33,974 bases of DNA from a virus (taxonomy: Duplodnaviria; Heunggongvirae; Uroviricota; Caudoviricetes), in the IMG/VR virus record IMGVR_UViG_2711768075_000013, positions 1 through 33,974 of that record. One strand, written 5' to 3'. The notes under the pieces are model-generated. The model was not told the origin of the DNA, did not search any database, and was given only the letters and a program-made list of their open reading frames with translations. This document shows, piece by piece, positions 8,105 to 17,565 of this stretch; positions within the stretch are counted from its first letter, which is position 1, and each line of letters opens with the position of its first letter. The position numbers and the translations under genes are program-made.

Positions 8105-10377
8105 CAGTAAGTTCCTCCCGTGCCTCTGTTACCGTCCTGAAGGTTGTATTTGTTCACTGCTTCCGCCACAATCTGACCATCGAGCACCAGTTGTGTGGTG
8201 AAATTAATGGGGCTGGCAGGTGGCCCCCAGTGCGTGAGGTATCCCGGCTGGGTGATGCGTCCGGGTTGCGTTGATACTGATTCAGGCGTTGTGTTTCCGG
8301 CGGCTTTGTTGACCTGCGCCGGTGATGGCAGGGCATCAGCTGCGGCTTTTTTCCTGTCTTCCTCCCAGCGCCTCAACCACTCTTCGTTTTCGGTGGAGTA
8401 GCCTTCCCCAAACTGCCACCACGGCTGGTATTTTTTGCGGGCAGCATCGATGATTTCCTGGGGATATCGGGCGCGGATGCGCTTCCAGCGTTCCTCGCTT
8501 CCTTCGACGGCGGCGTCTTCTTCCGGGCTGGTTGCGGTGGCCAGTGCCGTAACGGTGCCACCGAAAGAAAGCAGGCTACCGGCAATGCCGGGGAATTTAA
8601 ATCCTTTGCCTTTTTTGACCGTGTTTTCAATTACATCACCGACAACCTCGCCAGCCTTGCCACCGGTTTTACCCCCGGTCAGGATTTTGATCCCGGCCCA
8701 TGTCAGAGCCGCTGCGGTCATCGCTTCAATGGCGGTCGTGGCACCCACCACTGCCGTGGTCAGTCCCGGAAACTTTTCACCCGCCCAGCTTATGGCATCG
8801 GCCACAGTACCGGACGCATCAGCCAGCTTTTTCATGCTGTCCATTTGTGAAAATTCAAGCGTGTTTTTGGCCTGTTCGGTTTTAAAGTCATTGAGGCCGG
8901 ATATGAATTTAAAATCCACATCACCCGCGCGCTGACCTTCCGGCAGGGTGCGCTGCTGATTAATCGCGTCTTCAACCTTTTTCCGGTATTCAGGGTTGTT
9001 ACGGTAAGCCAGCAACGCTTTTAACGCCTGTTGGTCTGCAACCAGTTTCCCGACACCAAAGCCTTCAAGGAGTTTTGCCATCGAATCATAAACAGCTGTC
9101 TGCTCGCCTTTATCCCGGGCGGAGGCCAGTTTCTTTTGCAACTCCTGAAAGCGTTTATCGCTGGCAACGATTTTGTCTATCAGACTGGACAGCGCATCTA
9201 TCGGATCAAGCCCATGTTCGCGCGCCTGAACCAGCGTGCCGGAAAAATCAATTCCTTTACCGTTGTAATCAATGCTCTTTGCCGCTGTTTCAATATCGTG
9301 GCTGGTCAGTTTAGCCAGCAGGTTAAACACGTTATTTCCGGCCTCATCACTGCTTCCCGCCGTGATGGCGGCAGCTTCATTCAGCGCCAGAATCTTGACA
9401 AAATCATCCTTGCCTCTCATCCCCGCAGCTGACGCTGACCCCAGTTGCGAAGATAACCAGCGGGCCATGTCGCTCAGTTCAAAGCTACCTTCTTTGCCCG
9501 CTGCAATTGCCATATTCAGAACGGTGGAAATATCTTCATCCCTGAATCCAAAGGTCTTTTTACCCTTAAGCATCACATTAGCCAGGTCTGTCGCTGATGC
9601 ACCGGAAGCCGTGGCGTATTTCATCAGTTCAGGCAGCCACTTACTGGCTGTTTCAAATGAAATACCGCCATCTTTCAGCAGGGCATCCAGCGTTTCGGCG
9701 GCGTCTTCTTTCGTGCCGCCACCCCAGGTCACCGCGTTACGGATGCTGTTTTTCATCTGCTCAAGACCAGCCCTGCGCCCCTCCAGCCCGCTATCACTGA
9801 AGGCGGTATTGGCCATCATTGCCAGCTGGCGTTCGTAGCTCATCTGCTTTTTGACCGGCTGCGCCATAATGGCAGCACCTGCTGCGATACCAGCGCCTGT
9901 TGTCACGGCATTCCCGCCAAATGCAGCCGCACGGGCAAAACGCCCCGGTTCGGGGATAACAGGCGTTTTCGCCATCTTCATCTGTGCCTGAGTGACGCCA
10001 TCCAGTTCACGCTTGAGTGCCCGGGCTTTTTCCCGGGTGGCCTGCATGGCGCGTTCCTGCTCCTGCGCAGATTCAAAACCGGCACGAGCCAGACGGTTAT
10101 AACTGGCAACCGTCAGATAAATTTCACGCCGGATCTCACGCTCTGCACGAATACCGAGCGTTTCCCGGGCACGGGCGGCACGCTGTATCTCTTTTGCGGC
10201 CTTTTTCGTGCTGTTAACGCTTTCCTGTCCGGTACGCCTCTGCTCTGCGCCTGCCTTCCGTGTTGCCTTTGTTACATCTTCGGTGGCTTTGATAACCTGT
10301 TTTTGTCCCTTTTCCAGAACCTGCGAGGCTTCATCCTTCGCAGTCAGGGTCATGCCAACTTTGAAATTACCGGCCAT
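8104..10377 (-). CDS. tail tape measure protein
   Basis: 757-aa Ala/Lys/Gly-rich protein at the canonical position. Confidence 0.8.
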   Translation of the reverse strand: MAGNFKVGMTLTAKDEASQVLEKGQKQVIKATEDVTKATRKAGAEQRRTGQESVNSTKKAAKEIQRAARARETLGIRAEREIRREIYLTVASYNRLARAGFESAQEQERAMQATREKARALKRELDGVTQAQMKMAKTPVIPEPGRFARAAAFGGNAVTTGAGIAAGAAIMAQPVKKQMSYERQLAMMANTAFSDSGLEGRRAGLEQMKNSIRNAVTWGGGTKEDAAETLDALLKDGGISFETASKWLPELMKYATASGASATDLANVMLKGKKTFGFRDEDISTVLNMAIAAGKEGSFELSDMARWLSSQLGSASAAGMRGKDDFVKILALNEAAAITAGSSDEAGNNVFNLLAKLTSHDIETAAKSIDYNGKGIDFSGTLVQAREHGLDPIDALSSLIDKIVASDKRFQELQKKLASARDKGEQTAVYDSMAKLLEGFGVGKLVADQQALKALLAYRNNPEYRKKVEDAINQQRTLPEGQRAGDVDFKFISGLNDFKTEQAKNTLEFSQMDSMKKLADASGTVADAISWAGEKFPGLTTAVVGATTAIEAMTAAALTWAGIKILTGGKTGGKAGEVVGDVIENTVKKGKGFKFPGIAGSLLSFGGTVTALATATSPEEDAAVEGSEERWKRIRARYPQEIIDAARKKYQPWWQFGEGYSTENEEWLRRWEEDRKKAAADALPSPAQVNKAAGNTTPESVSTQPGRITQPGYLTHWGPPASPINFTTQLVLDGQIVAEAVNKYNLQDGNRGTGGTY

Positions 10378-10624
10378 TTTTCTGCTTACCTTTTCTGCGT
10401 TTCTTCCTGAGGGATTTAAATGACTGGCGGGTGGTCTGTGAGGTGTCCTTCCTTCCTGAGCCGCCGCCGCTCAGCCTGTCAACGGCAGCAAGCCAGCCGT
10501 CCAGCTCGGGACGGCTCATGGTCATGATTTGATCTTCGGTTATTCCGTAGCGCCCGAGGATAAGGACTGCGAGCCGGAGTCCGGCGAGCCGGGATTCCCG
10601 CCGTTCCGCTTTACCTTCAGGACG
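10367..10624 (-). other. -1 frame extension ORF for a programmed-frameshift chaperone fusion (G/GT-like)
   Basis: My translation of the -1 frame is open from about 10624 to a stop at 10367-10369, has no start of its own within the overlap, and ends just inside the tape measure start. Confidence 0.4.
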
Positions 10625-10923
10625 TTACGTGATGCCAGCAGAATATTAAAATCGTCCGGCGTCATGTTGTCGTGCAACAAATCCGCCGTCAGTTCTTCCT
10701 GCGGGATATCCCCCAGACGGACCAGCGTTGCCGCCATCACTGCACAGCGGTAGTAATAATCCGCCGCGAAGCCGTCCACTGTCTGAAAGCGTTCTTCAGT
10801 TTCTTCCAGTGCCTGCCCGTTATCACGCATGACCGGCAGACGCAGCTCAAAGTTTTTATGAACGGTGCCGTTAAACACCACGCCATCAGACAGTTCACCG
10901 GTCTGTGTATTAATCAAAGTCAT
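10540..10923 (-). CDS. tail assembly chaperone (Mu gp41 position)
   Basis: Small gene directly upstream of the tape measure gene; a -1 frame ORF overlaps its 3' end. Confidence 0.55.
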   Translation of the reverse strand: MTLINTQTGELSDGVVFNGTVHKNFELRLPVMRDNGQALEETEERFQTVDGFAADYYYRCAVMAATLVRLGDIPQEELTADLLHDNMTPDDFNILLASRNVLKVKRNGGNPGSPDSGSQSLSSGATE

Positions 10924-11294
10924 CCTGTCACCTTCCTGAGTGCAGCCAGTTTGATATCAATTTTCGCTTCATTATCGACGGTGTATTTCTCACCCACTTC
11001 GGTTGTGAAGCAGTCCAGATAGGAGGTGCGCTTGCCGCTTTTACTGAGCGGGTACAACGAGATTTTCACACCTTCAAGGTTTTCCCAGTCCGGCTCGTTG
11101 GTATCAGGGATTACCGCCGAAACGGACAATTCGTAGGTGCCAATGCCCCGGGCAAAGCCTTTGGCTCTGCCGGTTTTGTTCATGGTCTTGACCAGTTTTC
11201 GCCCGGTGTTGATCTGAACATCAAGGTCGGTGATCTCGATTTCCTGGCTGTCCACCTCCAGCACAATCGAGCCAATGTATTCATGCAGAGACAT
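10920..11294 (-). CDS. tail tube protein (Mu M-like)
   Basis: 124-aa protein directly after the sheath gene. Confidence 0.7.
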   Translation of the reverse strand: MSLHEYIGSIVLEVDSQEIEITDLDVQINTGRKLVKTMNKTGRAKGFARGIGTYELSVSAVIPDTNEPDWENLEGVKISLYPLSKSGKRTSYLDCFTTEVGEKYTVDNEAKIDIKLAALRKVTG

Positions 11295-11306
11295 TTATCA
11301 GGCTCC

Positions 11307-12728
11307 TTACAAAATCATGTCGATGCGACCGGCAAACACATGCAGGCCGTTAACCACATCCGCCGGAACCACGCAGTCGAGACGGTTTGCATCTTTCCCG
11401 TTTCGCTGAACGCGCAGCTTTGCCTTATTCGCTTCCACGTTCTCCAGAATCTCCGCTTCCTCCAGCTTGATCAGCACGTCATACAGTTCGCTTTCCACTT
11501 TTGCGATAGTGCGTGTGCTGAGTTTTTCGCGCGGGAAGCGAAGGCTGATGCGTTCGCGGCACGCCTTGCGGGTGTAGTCCAGCGTTCTGATGGACGTGAT
11601 ATCCAGTAACGAGACGTCAGTCACACCCTGTGCGTTAACCGTGTATGTACTGACCGCACGCACAATCTGCACCGTGTTACCCGGGCCAACCTCAACCGGC
11701 GTCAGGCCGTTATGCAGAGCGTTTTCCTGCTCGTTACGGCTTTCACGCTGTGACATGGCGACCACATCCAGCCCGGACAGCGCCAGCGAGTTCAGCGGAC
11801 GTGCCGGGTCTTCCTCGCCCGCCATCACAGCGCCGTAGATGGCAGCCAGTACTGCTGGCAGCTTCACGGAGCCGCGATACCAGGGGACGGACATGCGCCC
11901 GCTGTTCACACCGGCTGCCAGGGTGATCCCGTTTCCGAGACTGCCCGTCCAGCCCGCACAGCCAATCGCGCCGCGCTGTTCCATCGCGTTCCCGGTTTTC
12001 TCCAGATGCTGCTTCAGGGCGGCGAGGGCTGGCGTGGTACTGAACGGACAAATCAGAATGTTGTGACCGGCGGCAAAGACCGCATCCAGTGCGGGCTGAA
12101 TATCCGGGTCCATTTCGCCGTTCGCCATCGGTGTGGCGCTCACGGTCAGACCACCTGCCGTGGTGGACGCTGACAGGGTGATGTCATTCCCCCAGGCACC
12201 TTTGGTCCGGGTGGTCACCGTCAGCTGAGAGGTTTCTGATTTGTATTCCCCCGTCACCAGAAGCGAGGGCGTCTGCGCCATTGCTTCCACCAGTGCCGGA
12301 ATGATTTTCGACGGTTCATCACCGGTTTCCACATCCACCGTGACCTGCTCACCGGCAACCCATACCGACAGTGTGCCGCTGCTGATTGCTGTACCGTTGA
12401 TGGTAACCGCGCCGGTTGCTGCCTTTCCTGCGCCAGTGTCTGCAATACCGATAACATCCAGTTGCAGATAGCTGTTGGCATTAATGGCCGCGCGCGCCAT
12501 TGCAGCGGCCAGCGAACCGGCCCCGAAATACAAATCCGCTTCGTCTTCGGAATACACGGAAACGGCATTCAGGGGCGTGGCGGTGCCGCCTGACAGCATT
12601 GGACCAATCACCAGAACACGCTGTTCATTACCCGGCAGCGTGTTAACGGCCAGCCGGGTATTGAATTCAAAATGCACACCGGGCTTACGGATGCCGCCCG
12701 AAATGGTGTCAAACTGAATTTCACTCAT
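11307..12728 (-). CDS. L: contractile tail sheath protein (Mu L-like)
   Basis: 473-aa protein followed by the tube gene; myovirus tail order. Confidence 0.85.
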   Translation of the reverse strand: MSEIQFDTISGGIRKPGVHFEFNTRLAVNTLPGNEQRVLVIGPMLSGGTATPLNAVSVYSEDEADLYFGAGSLAAAMARAAINANSYLQLDVIGIADTGAGKAATGAVTINGTAISSGTLSVWVAGEQVTVDVETGDEPSKIIPALVEAMAQTPSLLVTGEYKSETSQLTVTTRTKGAWGNDITLSASTTAGGLTVSATPMANGEMDPDIQPALDAVFAAGHNILICPFSTTPALAALKQHLEKTGNAMEQRGAIGCAGWTGSLGNGITLAAGVNSGRMSVPWYRGSVKLPAVLAAIYGAVMAGEEDPARPLNSLALSGLDVVAMSQRESRNEQENALHNGLTPVEVGPGNTVQIVRAVSTYTVNAQGVTDVSLLDITSIRTLDYTRKACRERISLRFPREKLSTRTIAKVESELYDVLIKLEEAEILENVEANKAKLRVQRNGKDANRLDCVVPADVVNGLHVFAGRIDMIL

Positions 12729-12963
12729 CGGAACCCACCTGTTTCTCTTTCTTCACCTTCGCTTTTACCTGCACGGCGTCCTGTTCAGCCGTCACGGTGG
12801 CTTCAGACTCATCCTTCACCAGAATCAGGTCACCGTCCTGAACGGCGCGCCGGTAATAAGCGGTGTTCTCAACGGTCACCGCTTCCGTAGTGATGTATTT
12901 CCGGGCGTTATCCTCCATCGGGAACTTCATCCCGGGAGCCGCCTTAACCTTCATTTTGTTCAT
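12721..12963 (-). CDS. Mu gp38-like small protein
   Basis: 80-aa ORF immediately upstream of the sheath gene. Confidence 0.45.
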   Translation of the reverse strand: MNKMKVKAAPGMKFPMEDNARKYITTEAVTVENTAYYRRAVQDGDLILVKDESEATVTAEQDAVQVKAKVKKEKQVGSDE

Positions 12964-13540
12964 GCTGTTGCTCTCTTAATTCAGTCAGCCCTGATATTTC
13001 AGCGTCGCTGTCCTGCACCTGGTACCGGATGCCAAGGTTCAGCAGTTCCGGGTCAGGGTCTGACAGCCTGCCGTGGTAGCGGTTGAAGAGGCGATCCGCT
13101 TCTGCGCCGCGCTCCGGCCATTTGCCGTTCGCCAGCGCGTGCTCCACCCAGCGGGTATCGAACTCACAGGCAAATACGGACATTGCCCGCTCTGCCACGC
13201 CGGTGTTAAACAGCGTTCTGACCCGCCCGGGTTCGAAATAATCAATCTCCAGCCCCAAATCCTGACCGGTCAGCAGGCGGCGGACGGATTCAACCAGCTG
13301 GTTTGCCCCGACTTCATCCCGGACGGTGCCTCCCTGTCTGGCGCTCTGTTCGCTGCGGGTGTTGTAATCACCCACCACAACCACAAAGCGTCCGGTGGCA
13401 ATGTATTTCCGGCGTGACGTGGAATAGCGTTCGGTTTTCACGATGCCGCCGAACGTCACCCAGGCTGCCGGAAGGCTGCGAACAATCCGGCCCGGGTCTT
13501 CATCCAGTTCACCGGCATAGGTGCGGACCTCCTGCACCAT
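12944..13540 (-). CDS. Mu gp37-like protein (DUF1834-like)
   Basis: Position and size. Confidence 0.5.
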   Translation of the reverse strand: MVQEVRTYAGELDEDPGRIVRSLPAAWVTFGGIVKTERYSTSRRKYIATGRFVVVVGDYNTRSEQSARQGGTVRDEVGANQLVESVRRLLTGQDLGLEIDYFEPGRVRTLFNTGVAERAMSVFACEFDTRWVEHALANGKWPERGAEADRLFNRYHGRLSDPDPELLNLGIRYQVQDSDAEISGLTELREQQHEQNEG

Positions 13541-13593
13541 ATGCCCCAGACCACAGCGCAGACGCTCAACCAGCGCCCGTTCAATTTCAGTAA

Positions 13594-14025
13594 TCAGAAT
13601 GCACCTCCCCGTGTGGACTCACGCCCGAACTGACGGGAGCCGGAGCGGATACGCACCTGTGACGATGACTGGATCACGCTGCCGGACGTATCCCGTCCGA
13701 GGTTGATTTGTCCTGCCGCAACTTTCTCCAGAAAGCGGATGGCATCCCGGTAGCGCATCTGAATTTCTTCTGAGCAGATACGGTAATCGGTCGCCAGGTG
13801 ATAACGGGCGATATCGCAGCAGTAACCCACCAGACTCCCCGGGCTGTCAGGCCACGGGGTCCGGTAACGCCCCACCAGATAGCCATCAATCTGGGCACTG
13901 GCGCGTGCAAGCGCGGAGGCCAGTTTTTCTTCGTCGATGAATCCCGTCATGTCTTCATCCGTCAGTGTGCGTGCCTCGCGTTCACTGAATGCCCTGATGA
14001 ACTGTTCCGGTGTGGCGTAAGACAT
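13594..14025 (-). CDS. Mu gp36-like head/tail connector protein (DUF1320-like)
   Basis: Position and size. Confidence 0.5.
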   Translation of the reverse strand: MSYATPEQFIRAFSEREARTLTDEDMTGFIDEEKLASALARASAQIDGYLVGRYRTPWPDSPGSLVGYCCDIARYHLATDYRICSEEIQMRYRDAIRFLEKVAAGQINLGRDTSGSVIQSSSQVRIRSGSRQFGRESTRGGAF

Positions 14026-14028
14026 GGG

Positions 14029-14370
14029 TTACTTCTCCTTTTTGTCCGCTTTTTGTGTTTTCTGTGCGGCGTTCAACTGTGCGGTCAGTTCACTGACTTT
14101 CTGGCGTTCTTCTTCCAGCTGCGCTGTCAGTTCGCTGACTTTCTGACGCTCGGCATCCAGCTGTGCGGCCAGTTCATCCCCCCGGGCCGCGTCGTTCTGG
14201 CCGGATGCTTTATCGCGCTCCACCACAATCAGCATGGGGTCAGCCTTCAGCACCGCCAGCTGTTCCGGGGTGAACGCATCCGCAGGCCATGCCTTCGTGG
14301 TTGCGCTGTGTGCCACACCGCAGCGGCGAAAACCCTCACGGCGGGCGGTAATTTCAATCACCTTTTCCAT
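14029..14370 (-). CDS. Mu gp35-position protein with C-terminal coiled-coil repeat
   Basis: Repeated peptide ERQKVSELTAQL encoded by a 42-bp tandem DNA repeat. Confidence 0.45.
   Translation of the reverse strand: MEKVIEITARREGFRRCGVAHSATTKAWPADAFTPEQLAVLKADPMLIVVERDKASGQNDAARGDELAAQLDAERQKVSELTAQLEEERQKVSELTAQLNAAQKTQKADKKEK
14062..14175. repeat. imperfect 42-bp in-frame tandem repeat inside the gp35-position gene
   Basis: Units CTGTGCGGTCAGTTCACTGACTTTCTGGCG... and CTGCGCTGTCAGTTCGCTGACTTTCTGACG..., plus a partial third unit. Confidence 0.4.
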
Positions 14371-14373
14371 GCA

Positions 14374-15324
14374 TTACTCCGTCGTACCATCAGAACCAAA
14401 TGCCATCTGCCAGAAGCCGTAACCGCCGTTACAGCGCGCTTCGGCACCAAACCGAAACTTCTTACGCATGAATACGTTGTCGCTGTTGTAGTCCGTCTGC
14501 TCCACAAAAACCGGTTTCTTACGCTGCTGGAAGATCAGCGGCTTGACCGAGCGGGAGGTGTCGAACAGGAACCACGCAGAATCCGACGTCAGCTCCGGCA
14601 TCACCAGCACTTCAGCGGTGTTGCGGTACGGGTTCGGCGTACCGTCCGGGAACTTCTCGGCGGTCATCAGGTAGTTCGCGTCATCTTCCAGCGCAGGTGG
14701 CACAACCAGCAGATTCGGACGGATTCTGAGAGACGCGCCTTCGTCATCTTTCAGACTGCGCATGGCCGTACGGGCAGCACCGTAGGAGGCTTTTGCTTCA
14801 GCAAGCGACCCCACTTTGAGTTTTTTGGTGCCTTTGTTGGACACCGATTTACCGGCGACCAGGTGGTCGGTATCAAAGAACATCTGGCCGTCGTAACAGG
14901 GACTGGTAAAACCATTATTGATAAGGGACGCCACAATATCTGCCGGGAGTTCTGCCGCTGACTGGCCCGCGTCTCTGGCCTGAAGGGCATAGCCCATAAT
15001 CTGGTCGTCCTCGATGTCGTTACGATCGACTTCAACCGTGGCTTCCCAGTCCTTGTTGCGGATGGTGTAGTTGAAGGCTTCCAGAGATTTAACGTTTTTA
15101 TCACCGACCCACTCGCGCATTTTCGGGAAACGACTCAACCAGCTGTAGTCGTTCTCCTTGCTGCCTGATGGCACTTCCATTGCCACTTTTTGCCAGTCAG
15201 TGGGGGTCTGGTCGAAGGCTTTCTGATAGGTGGTCTTAAGATTGATAAAAATCTGGTTGAGGTTTTTAGCGTTAACTAACACGTTTCGCTCCTTAACTGA
15301 AATGAACCCAGACGCCATCGTCAC
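14374..15324 (-). CDS. T: major capsid protein (Mu T-like)
   Basis: 316-aa protein after the protease/scaffold region; gene order matches Mu T. Confidence 0.8.
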   Translation of the reverse strand: MTMASGFISVKERNVLVNAKNLNQIFINLKTTYQKAFDQTPTDWQKVAMEVPSGSKENDYSWLSRFPKMREWVGDKNVKSLEAFNYTIRNKDWEATVEVDRNDIEDDQIMGYALQARDAGQSAAELPADIVASLINNGFTSPCYDGQMFFDTDHLVAGKSVSNKGTKKLKVGSLAEAKASYGAARTAMRSLKDDEGASLRIRPNLLVVPPALEDDANYLMTAEKFPDGTPNPYRNTAEVLVMPELTSDSAWFLFDTSRSVKPLIFQQRKKPVFVEQTDYNSDNVFMRKKFRFGAEARCNGGYGFWQMAFGSDGTTE

Positions 15325-15688
15325 CGATGCCGATCACTTTCCCGGCGACAGGGCGGGCGCTGCTGTTGTCGGTTTTTGCCACGGTCACGCTGTCTTCCAC
15401 GTAGCACAGCTTGCCGACCTGCGATTGCGTGACCGGATCTGAGGTGCTGTTCGCCATCAGAAAGGCTTTGCCGCAACGCACCAGAACGGTGGCGTCGCCA
15501 TCGCTGCCCTTGCTGTTATCCACCCAGCCATCAGACACGCCCAGCGTAATCTGTGAGGCCGTGGCACTGGCCGGAACGGCATAACCGGATGCGTTAACGG
15601 CCACCATATGACCGCCAAAAATTTCGGTCGCAGCGGCAACCGGCACCGGGTTCAGTTCGCCGTCACGATAGGGGGTATTACGATCCAT
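15293..15688 (-). CDS. head-module protein between protease and major capsid, 131 aa
   Basis: Position only. Confidence 0.4.
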   Translation of the reverse strand: MDRNTPYRDGELNPVPVAAATEIFGGHMVAVNASGYAVPASATASQITLGVSDGWVDNSKGSDGDATVLVRCGKAFLMANSTSDPVTQSQVGKLCYVEDSVTVAKTDNSSARPVAGKVIGIGDDGVWVHFS

Positions 15689-16813
15689 TTACTTTTCTCC
15701 TGCGTAACGGGCGATATCTTCTGGATCAACGCCCATCATTGAACAAATGGCGATATCGATATCGACGTCATCGCCGGTTTTAATCTGCGCCGGGGCCGGT
15801 GACGGCGTTTGGGGTGGTTTGCCGCCCGTCTGGGTCTGACTGAGCGCAACAAGTTTCGGTGCGTTATCCAGCCAGGACTTAAAGCCGTTGATATCGCGGC
15901 TGGCGTAATCTTTCGCCCAGTCTTCCTGTGCCGGAAGCAGTCGCCCGTCAGACAGCGCCGCCTGAATCAGTGCCCCGGCTTCGGCCTCACCGGACTGTTG
16001 CGCCAGTGCGGCATAACGCCCCTGAAGTTCTTCGAAGGCAGCAAGGGAAATGTGTTTTGACGGGTCATAGGCACTGGCTGACAGGCTGGCGATTTGCTCA
16101 TCTTTCTGATTCAGCAGGGCCAGCAGGCTGACGGATGCCGCCGCCGTTCCCTGACCGTTCGAAATCATGTCAACGACCTTTTGCAGCTCGTTTTTGATAT
16201 CTTCCGCCGTTGAGGTAACCGGGAGGTTAAGCATCCAGCGCAGACTGGACAGCAAATCGTTTAACAGTTCTTCATCCACTGTTGTGGTCTCCGTTTCAGT
16301 TGACAGACTCGCCAGACGGCTGGCCGCAGCCAGCATGACCGCGTCCATACCGTCCAGCGCCGGGGTATTGGTCAGTGCGGCGTGTAACAGTTCGATGACT
16401 TCGCCGCGCCGGTTGTATCCAAATACCGGGGAAATAAATTTGTACTCTCCGGCGGCAATCATGGCCGCCGCGTTCTCCGTCCACTCCACACCGATGGCAT
16501 ACAGGCCCGAACCTTCACGCCATTCCACCTGGCTGAACCAGCCCGCCGCCGGGGCAGGCTTGCCGTTGTTTACGGCGCGCAGCGTCTGATGTTCGTAATC
16601 AATGACAAAAGGCGTGGTACGGGCTGCCACCTGTGCGACAAGCTGCGCGGCCAGTCCGGCAGTCAGCACCCATTTACCGCTTTCGACTTCATCGGTATAC
16701 GGGCGACCATCCACCGCGCTGAACTCGCCTGCCGGAAACAGCTGGATTTCGCTGTGGGTTGCTTTAGTAATTTCGAGGCTTAACGCCGCAATGTTCATCT
16801 TCATGCGCGGCAT
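15689..16813 (-). CDS. I: head maturation protease / scaffold protein I (Mu gp32-like)
   Basis: Position before the major capsid gene; ORF-track start 16858 is a GTG inside the upstream motif, so the first ATG (16813) was chosen; start remains uncertain. Confidence 0.75.
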   Translation of the reverse strand: MPRMKMNIAALSLEITKATHSEIQLFPAGEFSAVDGRPYTDEVESGKWVLTAGLAAQLVAQVAARTTPFVIDYEHQTLRAVNNGKPAPAAGWFSQVEWREGSGLYAIGVEWTENAAAMIAAGEYKFISPVFGYNRRGEVIELLHAALTNTPALDGMDAVMLAAASRLASLSTETETTTVDEELLNDLLSSLRWMLNLPVTSTAEDIKNELQKVVDMISNGQGTAAASVSLLALLNQKDEQIASLSASAYDPSKHISLAAFEELQGRYAALAQQSGEAEAGALIQAALSDGRLLPAQEDWAKDYASRDINGFKSWLDNAPKLVALSQTQTGGKPPQTPSPAPAQIKTGDDVDIDIAICSMMGVDPEDIARYAGEK

Positions 16814-16831
16814 GATGACGGAAGGGGAACA

Positions 16832-16864
16832 CGGGGTACTGTGGAGGGTGTTCAGCACCCTGCC
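16832..16864 (-). promoter_or_regulatory. conserved hairpin-like motif upstream of protease/scaffold gene I
   Basis: Minus-sense GGGTGCTGAACACCCTCCACAGTACCCC, near-identical to the lysis-site motif including the CAGTACCC extension. Confidence 0.35.
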
Positions 16865-16884
16865 ATAACGGGAAAGGATAAAAG

Positions 16885-16921
16885 GGGAAATAAAACCGTT
16901 TTTAAAACCCTTTTAAAAACG
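16885..16921 (-). terminator. AT-rich hairpin with U-tract after gene G (candidate weak intrinsic terminator)
   Basis: Inverted repeat CGTTTTTAAAA-ccc-TTTTAAAAACG followed on the minus strand by GGTTTTATTT. Confidence 0.3.
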
Positions 16922-17013
16922 ATTCTGGCGGCATTTATGGGGTGCGGTGCTGCAATGCCTCATCCGTGAGGCGTTTATGTCGTCAGAAGCGATTACAGCG
17001 CGCTTCTGGTCAT

Positions 17014-17565
17014 TCAGTCAATCACACGCGCAAAATAGCGGTTTGCGGTGTTCTCCAGCTCGTCGATGTCGTCCTGTACAAGCTGAAGGAAGGGGCGCGC
17101 GGGCATGTTGACCGTATACGCTCCGACCGTTGCGCTCTGTACAAAATTACTGTTGCGCTTCTTCACAAAGCGGGTGCTGACGCTGCCGTTCCTGTACTGC
17201 TTAAAATACAGGTTCTGCGTCCGTGCCTGATGGCGTATTTCGCCGCCTTCGTTGTGGATACGGGCATAACGGACGTTTGTCCCGACCGTGGCCTCGTTAT
17301 TGTTAACCGCAGAGCGGATACTGGCAGCCAGTCGCCCGGACTTCTGAAGGATTTGCCCGGGGCCGCGCCGTTTCGCATAGGCCGGACTCCAGCCCATCCA
17401 TTTCGGGCGACCCTGTTGTTCAAAGTTAGTTTCAACCGCATCCAGCATGGAGCCTGCAAGTGCCGTCATCAGGTCGCGCCGGTCCTTCACGGAACGAATC
17501 AGTTTCCCCAGCGTGGTGTTATACGCGCTTAAATCAATCTTAATATCCAGTTTACCGGTGCTCAT
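17014..17565 (-). CDS. virion morphogenesis protein G (Mu gp31-like)
   Basis: 183-aa protein after F; last gene before an intergenic break with hairpin and motif. Confidence 0.75.
   Translation of the reverse strand: MSTGKLDIKIDLSAYNTTLGKLIRSVKDRRDLMTALAGSMLDAVETNFEQQGRPKWMGWSPAYAKRRGPGQILQKSGRLAASIRSAVNNNEATVGTNVRYARIHNEGGEIRHQARTQNLYFKQYRNGSVSTRFVKKRNSNFVQSATVGAYTVNMPARPFLQLVQDDIDELENTANRYFARVID

Noticed and set aside
13798-14961. 387-aa plus-strand ORF, the longest of many plus-strand ORFs in the track
   Set aside because: It lies entirely antisense to well-supported minus-strand head genes (gp36-like, gp35-position, major capsid), has a Cys/Arg-rich low-complexity translation and no gene context. 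The same applies to the other plus-strand ORFs (for example 4622-5128, 8435-8935, 16942-17532, 20367-21011, 31075-31614), which are shadow ORFs of GC-rich coding DNA.
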